57,552 bases of DNA, from the NCBI RefSeq assembly GCF_029250625.1, contig NZ_JAQXEX010000031.1; one strand, written 5' to 3'. The notes under the pieces are model-generated. The model worked only from the letters and a program-made list of their open reading frames with translations, was not told the DNA's origin and ran no database searches. This stretch comes from Poseidonia sp. (GTDB lineage: Archaea; Thermoplasmatota; Poseidoniia; Poseidoniales; Poseidoniaceae). The translations under genes were made by a program, and so were the position numbers. Shown one piece after another: positions 45,637-55,325 of this stretch; within the stretch, counting starts at the first letter, position 1, and each line of letters starts with the position of its first letter.

Positions 45637-48600
45637 ATGGCGCATCCAACGAAGGTTAGGAATCAACGGCCGGTCCGGTCCGTTTCAGTAGTGTTCATGC
45701 TGATTGTATCATCACTTGTCGCATTAAGTGCTCCAAGTGTTTCTGCAGTTGGAGCAAATCAAAATGACCTTAATTCAGGGGGCGATTTGCCTGACAACTC
45801 TACGGTGAATATTACGAATTACATTTTCTCTGGATCCTACAGCGGTAACGGTGAACTCGACTACGGTGATGATTCTGATTTACTGAAGGTCGCATTATCC
45901 GCAACTCAAGGCCTTTCTGCCTCCCTTTCATTCCCTGCTTCAACGACCTTCTCGAACGGAACAACAGTTAGCAATGATTTCGACTTGTTGTTTTACGACT
46001 CCTCGCTAAATCTTCTTGATGATTCATACGCTTCCAATCCTGAGACACTTACCACAAACACCACTGCGGCCACCGGGGGAATGGTCTACATCGAGATTTT
46101 CCGATATGATGGCGCAGGTACATGGAGTTTGACCTTGAACAAATTCACTGTAAGCAACGGCACAAGCGGAGGCGGTGGCGGTAGTTCCATCACAAATTGT
46201 TCAGGAAATGGGACAACTGCCCCAGACATTCTCGAACCAAACGATTCCATGACAGCAGCGACATCAGCTTCCTTGCTTCCGTTGTATTGCTCAGGCCTTT
46301 CCATTCATTCATCCATCGACGAAGACTTCTTTGAAATCGATATGATTTCAGGGGTCACCTATTATGTGAACTTGACTTTTACTCACGCTAACGGTGACAT
46401 TGATGGGCAGTGGATGGACTCCAGCGGCTCTTCTCTCAGTTTGAGTGGATTTGGTTCGCTTGGCTCTGGATCTGACAATGAAGCCGCATCATTTACAGCA
46501 ACCACGAATTTCACATCCTATCTGAGGGTTTTCCTGTACCAATTTAGCTCGGCAACATCAAACATATATGACATTGAACTTTCAACGGATAATCCAGGTG
46601 GCGGACAAAGCATGGAAACTGTTGATGTTAGCATCAATAACCGAACCTCAGCGACACTTTCATTCGCCGGGCTTACCACAGGTACGACGTATTCTTACAA
46701 CTCTTCTTACGGACAAATGTACATTGATGGCAACGAGGTTTGGGCCTCCTCATCCAACGGCACCTTCAATGCAACGAATACCACTTACATGGTGAACATC
46801 ACCACACAAGCAACCTATGATGAATCGATGATGATGGTCTCATCAACTCTCAGTGATGCCTCCGGAATGGCTTTGAACAGTGACGTTGATGAACTCCTCC
46901 TCGAAATGGTTCAGACCACTCAGACATCTTCAACAACCGGTGAAATCGCCCTGACCAACCTCTCCATTGGAACCGATTACTATCTGCGTTGGATTGTTCT
47001 TGATTACTCGGAATTCGAAAATAACATCACTGTTTCCAACGACACAAATGCCGCTCTCAACGCATCAATGATCGACTCTGATGACTGGACCTTTACCCCG
47101 ACCACATCTTCCATCAACTATCAGATTACATGGGCAGGACCAACTACGATGAACGACCATTTATTCTATGCTGAACTTTCGCTCAACAACTCTGTCGTGG
47201 ACATTGATACCAGTGATAACATCACAGGCCTTCACATCAGCGAATTTATTCCGCAACTTCCAGCCTTAGTCATCAACTCGTATTCCACAAGTTCAACTGC
47301 TGCAACAAATAATGTCCGTGCTGAAGGTTTGGACTTGGTGACCGGTGACAGTTACAAGTATCAATACCGAGTTGAAGATTCCTCCGGCGCAAACCTTGTC
47401 GTTTCAACCATGACTTCAATCACCGCAACAGCACAGAACATGTCCCTTCCATACTTCAACTATACAACACCTGCTTCATCCGGAACGTATTGTGTCTTTG
47501 CTGACCTCTACTCGTCTGCAAATGTACAACTTATCGGAGACTCGAACTGTTTCTCATTGACACTTGATGATGACAACGACGGCGTGGCCAATGAACTTGA
47601 CCAATGCCCAAACACTTCAACCGGCGCCACCGTGGACCAGTACGGATGTGCATTGGACCAGAAAGACAGCGACGGTGACGGATACAATGACGACATTGAC
47701 GCCTTCCCGTATGATTCAAGCCAGTATTCAGATATGGATGGAGATGGCTACGGAGATAACGCCAGCGGCAATTCTTCAGATGCCTTCCCTACAGATTCAA
47801 CACAATGGTCGGATGTTGACGGTGATGGCTACGGTGACAATGGAAACGGAAACTACCCGGATGCCTTCCCAACCGATTCAACTCAATGGTCAGATTCAGA
47901 CGGTGATGGCTATGGAGACAACGCCAGCGGCAACTATCCTGATGCCTGGCCAGCAGATTCCACTCAATGGGAAGACTCTGACGGGGACGGCTACGGTGAT
48001 AATCCGTCTGGAACAAATGGAGATGCTTTCCCTAACGACTCCTCTCAATGGTCCGATTCAGATGGCGATGGATACGGTGACAACCCTGCAGGGACATCAC
48101 CTGATGAATTCCCTTCGGATAACACCCAGTGGGAGGATGCAGACGGGGACGGTTACGGTGACAATCCAACCGGTACAAATGGCGACCATTTCCCTTCCGA
48201 TTCCTCGCAATGGTTTGATGATGACGGAGATGGCTATGGAGACAATCAAGCAGGTACCGATCCGGATGCATTCCCCAATGATTCCACACAGTGGAGCGAT
48301 GTCGATGGTGACAGCTACGGAGACAATGCAGCTGGACTGAATGGAGATGCTTTCCCGAACGAGCCAACGCAGCATGCCGACCAAGACAACGATGGTTATG
48401 GTGACAACGCAAGTGGCGTAAACGGTGATCAATGCCTCGGAACACCACCAGGACAAGTTGTGGATTCAACTGGATGCGCTGCTTCTCAACTGGATGCAGA
48501 TTTGGACGGAATTGATGACGCCGCTGATGCTTGCCCCGACACGCCAGCCGGTGAACAAGTCGACAATGTTGGCTGTTCTTCGAGTCAAGAAGACAGTGAT

Positions 48601-49725
48601 AACGACATGGTGATGAATGCGTTTGATGCATGCCCAAATACACCACTTGGCCTCCAAGTTGATGCTGCAGGTTGTGCTCTCAGTCAACTTGACACTGATA
48701 ATGACGAAATCACTGATGACCGTGATGATTGTCCAACAACAACGGCAGGTTTGCCGGTTAACGGTGTAGGCTGTGCAGCAAACGAGCGAGATACAGACGG
48801 AGACAACGTCGTTGATTCCAACGATATTTGCGATGCAACCCCGACCAATGAAATTGCAGATTCCGAAGGCTGTGCACCTTCTCAGAAGGATACCGACGGC
48901 GATGATGTAAGTGATGATATGGACACTTGCCCTGGGACCGGAAATGGATTGACTGTTGACATTCTCGGCTGCGCTACCAATCAACTGGATGCTGATAACG
49001 ACGGCATCTCTGACGCAAACGATTTCTGCCCCGTGACTCCAGCCGGTGAGCAACCAGACAACCAAGGTTGTTCATCGTCTCAAAAAGACGAAGACATGGA
49101 TGACATCATGAACAATATGGACCTCTGTCCAGACACTCCGGTCACTCAACCTGTGGACCTTGATGGATGTGCAGACCAGCAAAAGGACGATGATAAAGAC
49201 GGTATTAAGAATCATCTTGACAACTGTCCGAACACACCGGTCGGGGAACTGATCGATGCTAGCGGCTGTGCTTTGTTGCAATTGGATTCGGATGGCGATG
49301 GTGTGAGCGACGCAGAAGACGACTTCAAATTCGATTCAAATCTGTCAGTAGATACAGATGGGGACGGAGTTGCGGACAGCATGGATGCTTACCCCGAAGA
49401 CGGTACTCGCTCCGTTGCAGAGGTTGTTGAATCTGGAAACGGTATGCTCTACGCCATCATCACATTGTTGCTTCTTGCTCTCGTTGGCGGTGGCGGATTT
49501 ATCTTTGTGCGCAAGCCGAATGAAGCTTCAAACATGTTTGATTCCAACCAAACCACCGACGCTTCATCCGAACAGTTTGCTGCAGAAGAGGAAAAATCCC
49601 TTCCGTCCATTGATTCAACCTCTCAACAATGGGAGGAGGGCGGAGTTCATTGGTCCCGTGACGAGCAAGGAAACTTATCGTATTTTGATGCCTCCTCACA
49701 GGAATGGCTTCCATACGAATCTTGA
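45637..49725 (+). CDS. Large surface protein: PPC-like beta domains, thrombospondin type-3-like repeat stalk, TM anchor
   Basis: Signal peptide, EPND...DEDFF module, DxDGDG arrays, C-terminal TM helix. Confidence 0.85.
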   Translation: MAHPTKVRNQRPVRSVSVVFMLIVSSLVALSAPSVSAVGANQNDLNSGGDLPDNSTVNITNYIFSGSYSGNGELDYGDDSDLLKVALSATQGLSASLSFPASTTFSNGTTVSNDFDLLFYDSSLNLLDDSYASNPETLTTNTTAATGGMVYIEIFRYDGAGTWSLTLNKFTVSNGTSGGGGGSSITNCSGNGTTAPDILEPNDSMTAATSASLLPLYCSGLSIHSSIDEDFFEIDMISGVTYYVNLTFTHANGDIDGQWMDSSGSSLSLSGFGSLGSGSDNEAASFTATTNFTSYLRVFLYQFSSATSNIYDIELSTDNPGGGQSMETVDVSINNRTSATLSFAGLTTGTTYSYNSSYGQMYIDGNEVWASSSNGTFNATNTTYMVNITTQATYDESMMMVSSTLSDASGMALNSDVDELLLEMVQTTQTSSTTGEIALTNLSIGTDYYLRWIVLDYSEFENNITVSNDTNAALNASMIDSDDWTFTPTTSSINYQITWAGPTTMNDHLFYAELSLNNSVVDIDTSDNITGLHISEFIPQLPALVINSYSTSSTAATNNVRAEGLDLVTGDSYKYQYRVEDSSGANLVVSTMTSITATAQNMSLPYFNYTTPASSGTYCVFADLYSSANVQLIGDSNCFSLTLDDDNDGVANELDQCPNTSTGATVDQYGCALDQKDSDGDGYNDDIDAFPYDSSQYSDMDGDGYGDNASGNSSDAFPTDSTQWSDVDGDGYGDNGNGNYPDAFPTDSTQWSDSDGDGYGDNASGNYPDAWPADSTQWEDSDGDGYGDNPSGTNGDAFPNDSSQWSDSDGDGYGDNPAGTSPDEFPSDNTQWEDADGDGYGDNPTGTNGDHFPSDSSQWFDDDGDGYGDNQAGTDPDAFPNDSTQWSDVDGDSYGDNAAGLNGDAFPNEPTQHADQDNDGYGDNASGVNGDQCLGTPPGQVVDSTGCAASQLDADLDGIDDAADACPDTPAGEQVDNVGCSSSQEDSDNDMVMNAFDACPNTPLGLQVDAAGCALSQLDTDNDEITDDRDDCPTTTAGLPVNGVGCAANERDTDGDNVVDSNDICDATPTNEIADSEGCAPSQKDTDGDDVSDDMDTCPGTGNGLTVDILGCATNQLDADNDGISDANDFCPVTPAGEQPDNQGCSSSQKDEDMDDIMNNMDLCPDTPVTQPVDLDGCADQQKDDDKDGIKNHLDNCPNTPVGELIDASGCALLQLDSDGDGVSDAEDDFKFDSNLSVDTDGDGVADSMDAYPEDGTRSVAEVVESGNGMLYAIITLLLLALVGGGGFIFVRKPNEASNMFDSNQTTDASSEQFAAEEEKSLPSIDSTSQQWEEGGVHWSRDEQGNLSYFDASSQEWLPYES
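47698..49317 (+). repeat. Coding tandem arrays: 9 x 81 bp (47698-48426) then 9 x 99 bp (48427-49317)
   Basis: 27-aa unit DAFPxDxxQWxDxDGDGYGDNxxGxxx x9; 33-aa unit DxCPxTPxGxxVDxxGCxxxQxDxDxDxxxxxx x9. Confidence 0.9.
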
Positions 49726-49731
49726 GGCTTA

Positions 49732-50358
49732 TTGATGGGTGTTCCACAAGAGCATGTGGTGGACTCTGCAGGTTCCGATGAACTCTACATTGGCTTTGTT
49801 TGGAATGGCTTCCGGAAAGGATTGAGTGCCATTTCTTTTGCTGGCATTCTCGCCGTCTATATGCTTGAAACACCGTTTGCGGCTTATCGCACCCAGGTGT
49901 CCGGACTCTTGTTCCTTCTTCTCGCGATTTTTAGCACGGGAAAAACCTTCCACTTTGATGTCAAATCAGATCTCTTTCGATACCATCAAACGTTCATGCT
50001 TTTGTCATTATCATGGGTCGAAGCAGGACGTGTTTCTCAGATGCGTGTTGCAAAGTTTGTCACTGTTGAGTACACGGTGACTAACGATTCAGGAAAGTCC
50101 CAAGTAAAAACCTACGAAGTTCTTCATCTGGTCTTTGAGAAGGGAGAACCGTTCCATTTCGTGTCAATTTTTGGCCGGTCTCACTTGGAAAAGATAAAGT
50201 CGAAAATCAACCGATTTCTCTTTGAGAATCGCCAGCATGAACTCAATGTCAAATACGACCGTACCGACGCACCGCCATCGGATGGATCTCTTGTTCAACC
50301 GGACGATCAACCTACCCTTGGAGACTCTGAAGCGGACGAAATTTCCACCTTTTGGTAA
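49732..50358 (+). CDS. Two-TM membrane protein with a PH-like beta-rich soluble domain
   Basis: Two hydrophobic helices followed by a beta-rich region; directly downstream of the surface-protein gene. Confidence 0.6.
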   Translation: MMGVPQEHVVDSAGSDELYIGFVWNGFRKGLSAISFAGILAVYMLETPFAAYRTQVSGLLFLLLAIFSTGKTFHFDVKSDLFRYHQTFMLLSLSWVEAGRVSQMRVAKFVTVEYTVTNDSGKSQVKTYEVLHLVFEKGEPFHFVSIFGRSHLEKIKSKINRFLFENRQHELNVKYDRTDAPPSDGSLVQPDDQPTLGDSEADEISTFW

Positions 50359-50420
50359 ATGCAGATTTTTGATGAACCAGCGTAGGGAACAACTCTAAAT
50401 CCTTTTGAAAGAACATTCGC

Positions 50421-52259
50421 ATGGTGGTACAGATGTCAGAAGATGAGTTCGCAGAATTTGAAAATGTCGTGTGGCCCAAGGCAGCCCCTGAGGAAACCAC
50501 GGTAGAACACGTCGTTGTTTCAGACACGTCAGCAAAAAGTAACGTCATGCCTGTCCTTATTGTGGCTGGGCTCTTATTGGTAACCATCACTTTAGGCGGC
50601 ATCTACAGCCTTCTCAGTTCTGTTGTGGTTGATCAAGACGATGTTGACGAAGATGGAGTTTCCAATCTCATGGATTCGTGTTACGACGGTGAACGGGACT
50701 GGACGTCCTCGGTTGCGACCGACCATGACGGAGACGGATGCCGTGATGCTTCGGAGGATGAAGACGATGATAACGACGGGCTTCCCGATGTGAGTGATGA
50801 TTGCGCAACAGGCGACATGGATTGGCTGCGTAACTTTGAGACTGACCGTGATGTGGATGGCTGTCGGGATGCTGGTGAAGACCTTGACGATGACAACGAT
50901 GGCGTTACCGATTTGACCGACCTGTACCCATTGGACCCAACCGAGTGGGCGGATGCCGATGGTGATGGGACTGGAGATAATGCAGACCCGTTCCCTGACG
51001 ACGCCATGGAATGGCAGGATTCCGATGGGGATGGATACGGTGACAATTCAGACCAGTTTCCGACCAATCCTCTTGAGTGGGTTGACTTTGACCTGGACGG
51101 TCAAGGTGACAACGGTGATGATGATGATGATAATGACGGCGTTCTTGACCTCTATGACATGAACGATCATCGTGATTCTGCAATCTATATTCGCCTTGAA
51201 TCCTTTACTCTGCTTGACAATGTTGACCTCTTCGACAGTGTAGGTGAGATCTATTTCTGCACGAGCGTGAACAACATCTCCATTGGGTGCATGCCTTCGT
51301 ACATGTCAGACTACATTGAAGTTGAAACTGGAACCGAAGTACTCCTGAATGAAAATTATCACATCGACCTCGAAGAAAATCTTAGATACCATTTCATTGA
51401 AATTACAGCCCATGATTCAGATGCATTTTCAGACGATGAATTGGACCTTAATCCTCTTCCAGACGTAGAAGCCATTGAATTTACATTTGACAGCTTAACC
51501 ATGGTTGAAAATGTGAGTCTCGTAGGGAACGGCTCGGCTGATGGGGAAAAGGACGATGGAGTGTTGCAATTCTCTATTCAGCCCTTTGACAATCTCGTGA
51601 GTAATGTCCGTGACTACTATTGGGACTTTGAGGGCGGCTATTACAGCCTTTCATGGGTCCTCAACTACAGCACCTATGCATCGTACAGAACGATGAATCA
51701 TGCTATTGATTGGTCAAACGCAGTGACTTATGATGACATCATCCCTCAATATGCAGCCTTCTCAACTCCTAACGAACCTGCTATTGGTCAACTGGCTGTA
51801 GAGTTGCAATCCATGGCTCAAGAAAATGGATATACTTCAAACAACGATGTTGCTCGATTCATACATGCCTTCGTTGGTGATATCCCCTATCTGTACGATT
51901 TGGACAGTTCTCAAGAGCAAACAGAATACCCAAAGTACCCGATCGAAATGTTATGGGAAGAGGGTGGGGATTGTGAAGATGCAAGTGCTTTGTACATCAG
52001 TTTGGTAGAACATCTCGGCTATGATGCGGCCCTCATGCTCGGAGATACCAAATCAACTGCGGATGAAGACTGGGGTGGCCATGCTTGGGTTGTTATTGCC
52101 ATGGAGAACTTTTCTGGAGATGGATACGCTGGTGAAGGTCCAAAATCCAGTATCATGTATTACTTTGTTGAAACAACAGGCCATTACGACGGGTCATCCG
52201 ACATCGGAATCAATCCTTGGTACGATATGCAGAATGAAGTATTCTACGACGTTGAGTAG
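50421..52259 (+). CDS. Membrane-anchored protein with TSP3-like repeats and a C-terminal transglutaminase-like cysteine protease domain
   Basis: N-terminal TM helix, DxDGDG repeats, YPKYPIEML..GGDCED...GHAW...FVETT. Confidence 0.8.
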   Translation: MVVQMSEDEFAEFENVVWPKAAPEETTVEHVVVSDTSAKSNVMPVLIVAGLLLVTITLGGIYSLLSSVVVDQDDVDEDGVSNLMDSCYDGERDWTSSVATDHDGDGCRDASEDEDDDNDGLPDVSDDCATGDMDWLRNFETDRDVDGCRDAGEDLDDDNDGVTDLTDLYPLDPTEWADADGDGTGDNADPFPDDAMEWQDSDGDGYGDNSDQFPTNPLEWVDFDLDGQGDNGDDDDDNDGVLDLYDMNDHRDSAIYIRLESFTLLDNVDLFDSVGEIYFCTSVNNISIGCMPSYMSDYIEVETGTEVLLNENYHIDLEENLRYHFIEITAHDSDAFSDDELDLNPLPDVEAIEFTFDSLTMVENVSLVGNGSADGEKDDGVLQFSIQPFDNLVSNVRDYYWDFEGGYYSLSWVLNYSTYASYRTMNHAIDWSNAVTYDDIIPQYAAFSTPNEPAIGQLAVELQSMAQENGYTSNNDVARFIHAFVGDIPYLYDLDSSQEQTEYPKYPIEMLWEEGGDCEDASALYISLVEHLGYDAALMLGDTKSTADEDWGGHAWVVIAMENFSGDGYAGEGPKSSIMYYFVETTGHYDGSSDIGINPWYDMQNEVFYDVE

Positions 52260-52265
52260 TTCGTA

Positions 52266-53423
52266 TCACGTCAAAACTTCGAGCAAACGGTCTTGCTCAG
52301 CGGCCATTCGCAACTCCATTGCAATACGGCGTCCGCTTGACATTGGTTTTCTCCATGTAGCATTTCCATAGGGGTGGCCTACGCTAACGTGGACGTTGGT
52401 GCCTCCGCCCAGACGGGGTGCAACATCGTAGATGTAGTAGTTCATGTCCTTGTCAATGCAGGTTTGTAGGCAAAATGGACCCACAATTCCAGGGTCGTAA
52501 TGTTCTTTGCTTGCTTCAATGAATTTTTCTCCCAACTCAAAGGCTTTTTCGAGGAGTGATTCTCGGATGGTTGCCGTGTTGTGTCCGACAACTGTCATCT
52601 CAGGGATTTGTTGATGGAGAGGCATGGTCATCTGCTGTGGTGCAGGGAGTCTAACATGACCGTCAAGCGACGATTCAAATCGCCAGTCTACACCGAGAAG
52701 TTCCAAGCGCTCTCCTTTCTCAGCGAGAGGGCTGTAAAAGAAGTTCAAATTGAAGACAGGGCCGATCACATACCGTTCAATTCGGGCACCATCGAGAGAT
52801 TCTTGGTCGATGACGCCTTCTGCGAGAAGTGCAGCTGACTTTTCTTGGTATTCTTTGTAGGATGCGCACGTAAAGAATCCTCGTTCAAGTTTCTTTTGTG
52901 CGTGGTGGAGTTTGACGATCACCAAGCAATCAATGTCCTCGGGTGAAGGTATGGCTTCTGGATAAGGGAGTCCTGCTTTCTCCAAGATCCAGTAATAGTC
53001 TTGTTCTTCTGTTCGCTCTTCCATGCGGAGCATGTTTCTTGACCCAAACATAGGGACGCGGAAATTGTCTTCGATATCTGATATTTTAGAATACGAAGTA
53101 AACGAACGATTTGGGATGTAAATGACGTTTCTTTTCCTCATTTCAGCTTGCATGCTCGGCTTCATCACATCGTTAAACTCGTTGAGAACAATGGCTTTGT
53201 CAACCATTCCTCGAACGACACGACCCGATGAACTGCGGTGGGTTTTGAAGTAGTTTGCATAGGTCTTGTGACGCCCTTCCTTGCAATAAGCAACGGTTGG
53301 AAAGCCCTCTTCAATAGCACCGTCACAGATGTCCAAGGCAGAATGTGATGCAGTCATGCCGATCCGCAATTTAAGGCGGTCATACTCTTCTACAATTCCA
53401 GCAATTTCGTCGTTCTGAATCAT
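52266..53423 (-). CDS. purP: PurP-family ATP-grasp formate--AICAR ligase
   Basis: ASHSALDICDGAIEEGF, IPNRSF, FGSRNMLR, RESLLEKAF, GPFCLQ, MSSGRRIAME. Confidence 0.9.
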   Translation of the reverse strand: MIQNDEIAGIVEEYDRLKLRIGMTASHSALDICDGAIEEGFPTVAYCKEGRHKTYANYFKTHRSSSGRVVRGMVDKAIVLNEFNDVMKPSMQAEMRKRNVIYIPNRSFTSYSKISDIEDNFRVPMFGSRNMLRMEERTEEQDYYWILEKAGLPYPEAIPSPEDIDCLVIVKLHHAQKKLERGFFTCASYKEYQEKSAALLAEGVIDQESLDGARIERYVIGPVFNLNFFYSPLAEKGERLELLGVDWRFESSLDGHVRLPAPQQMTMPLHQQIPEMTVVGHNTATIRESLLEKAFELGEKFIEASKEHYDPGIVGPFCLQTCIDKDMNYYIYDVAPRLGGGTNVHVSVGHPYGNATWRKPMSSGRRIAMELRMAAEQDRLLEVLT

Positions 53424-53488
53424 CAGGCTCACCTTGCTAAACTGATTGCTGTTAACGGGGGTCTTTGAGGTGTTCCCCATTTCATTCT

Positions 53489-54364
53489 TCAATCAAAACG
53501 CTGAAGTTGCATCAATTCTTCTGTTGAAAGTGTTTCACCAGAGAGCAACTTTGCCATCAAATCTTGAGTTTCATTGCTTGCAGTCGGCCGTTGACCTTGT
53601 CCGGCACTTGCTCCTCGCATGGCTCGCAAGATGTCTTGAATTGAGTGGAGGCATCGAAGGGAGACAATGTACAAACTGTGTTCCTTGTCGGCTTCCTTCT
53701 TTGAAGTTCGCAATCGTCGGTGAGCGGCTTCGGCCTTCTCACGTTGTCGGTCAACTTCAGAATTCCATTCAATCATCAAATCGTGAGCACTCTGAGCCGC
53801 TTCAGCCGCTTCTTTGACGGCGTTGTGAGCATTGTCCTGCTTGGCCATGGCCTCTCGCAGTGCTTCGTTGCCTTCTGTTTCTCCGCTTGCGGTCTGAGAA
53901 TCCTTGAGTTTTCGGCGCTTTGCACTGAGTTCCTTCATTTTCTTGAAGTACTTGGTTTCGTTTTTACCTTGGTGCTTACCTTGTTCAAATTCTCGCTCAA
54001 GTCGTTCCATGGTTCGAGTCAGAGACTGCACGGTATCAGGGCGGATCGGTCGTCCACGCTTGTCCAATTGTGGGGGTGCTTCAGGTTGTGTGCCCCTGAT
54101 TGTATCTTTTGCATCCCGAACCATTTGATTTGCTTCTTCTCGCTCCTTCTTCTTGTCACGGACTCGCTCATTCATGTTGTCTCTGAGTTCACGTTGTTCT
54201 CGAACCTGCACAATCAGTTCACGGACTTCGTTGTTGAGTTCGTTTCGGGTTGAGGTGAATTCCTTGGTTTTCTCGTTCCAATCGTCTCGAATTTCGCGGT
54301 GATGCGTGGCCTTTTCGTCAACCATTTTTCGTCGCTCGTTCAGAAGATCTTTGAGTTCTGCCAT
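53489..54364 (-). CDS. Archaeal coiled-coil protein (COG1340-like)
   Basis: Long heptad-rich helix, RNELNNEVRE, C-terminal KLLSGETLSTEELMQLQ; GGTGA RBS. Confidence 0.8.
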   Translation of the reverse strand: MAELKDLLNERRKMVDEKATHHREIRDDWNEKTKEFTSTRNELNNEVRELIVQVREQRELRDNMNERVRDKKKEREEANQMVRDAKDTIRGTQPEAPPQLDKRGRPIRPDTVQSLTRTMERLEREFEQGKHQGKNETKYFKKMKELSAKRRKLKDSQTASGETEGNEALREAMAKQDNAHNAVKEAAEAAQSAHDLMIEWNSEVDRQREKAEAAHRRLRTSKKEADKEHSLYIVSLRCLHSIQDILRAMRGASAGQGQRPTASNETQDLMAKLLSGETLSTEELMQLQRFD

Positions 54365-54470
54365 TGTTCATCTCACCTGGTCGCAGAAGATTCCCATCTT
54401 CCCGCATCCACGGGGACTTTGCTCCCCCATTTAACCCTTCACGGACTGAATGACGCAGATGTGCTGCTGG

Positions 54471-54827
54471 CTAGGCCAGATTATGCAGTGATTCGTGGCA
54501 TCTTTCGGCAGTTTGGCGAACCTCTCCAAGATTGGTTGAGGGTCCGCAGTGCACGGCGAGGTGGAGGCGATCGCCACGGTAGAGAATCACCGTTCCATGC
54601 TCCATGATGAAGGTGAGACGGTTGGATTTTTCAGAGATGTCAAGGGCTGAAATCCAACGTGGCATTTGCCCGTCTTCATTGGTCGGGTCATCCTCGGAAC
54701 GGTAGATGACGAAACCATCGTTTTCAAACAGAGTGACGCTTTTTACTCCGGCTGTTTCCACTAGCGGCGTCATTGTTCGCTGGAGCATGAAGAAGCCATC
54801 AATTGCGACAGCGAATAAGACTTTCAC
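54471..54827 (-). CDS. Roadblock/LC7-like protein
   Basis: GVKSVTLFENDGFVI...EHGTVILY...LAVHC...NLGEVR. The start may be ATG 54788. Confidence 0.6.
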   Translation of the reverse strand: MKVLFAVAIDGFFMLQRTMTPLVETAGVKSVTLFENDGFVIYRSEDDPTNEDGQMPRWISALDISEKSNRLTFIMEHGTVILYRGDRLHLAVHCGPSTNLGEVRQTAERCHESLHNLA

Positions 54828-55325
54828 TCATTCAACGTGACGTAGAAGAGGCCCTCGCATCATGTATCCCAAACCGGATTGATAGTATCCTTCGAGTTTT
54901 TTCTGAACTGTCATGCCTCGTCGTTGATAAAATCGTTGAGCCCTCTTATTGCTGGCCTTAACTTCCAATTGGACACGTTTGTATCCTGCCTTGAGGGAAG
55001 CATCTACGAATCGATTCCAAGCCTCGCTCCCAAGTCCATTGCCTTGAAACTTCGAATGGATTACAAATGCTGCAACCCGAACGATGTCATCCATGAAGGG
55101 TGTGGCCCACAACAGTCCGATAATCGGACTCTCACCGCTTAGAGTTTCATCTTTCAGGATTAAATTTCCTTCCCAGTTTGGAATGGGTAAATGGCGCACA
55201 GATGCATCAGAATATTGCTCTCCTGTCTCGTTAAGAAACAGTGTGAGGACTTGGCGACATGCAACTGAAGTCATGTGTTGAGGTTCGATACCTTGGGTCC
55301 AAACGGGTGCCGGCACGAGTCTCAT
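54828..55325 (-). CDS. GNAT-family N-acetyltransferase (RimI-like)
   Basis: FQGNGLGS, LEVKASNKRAQRFYQRRG, GYY; ATGA overlap with the nucleotidyltransferase stop. Confidence 0.9.
   Translation of the reverse strand: MRLVPAPVWTQGIEPQHMTSVACRQVLTLFLNETGEQYSDASVRHLPIPNWEGNLILKDETLSGESPIIGLLWATPFMDDIVRVAAFVIHSKFQGNGLGSEAWNRFVDASLKAGYKRVQLEVKASNKRAQRFYQRRGMTVQKKLEGYYQSGLGYMMRGPLLRHVE

Noticed and set aside
47698-49317. CRISPR array
   Set aside because: Units are in-frame, codon-degenerate protein repeats with no identical repeat plus unique spacer structure; no cas genes nearby.
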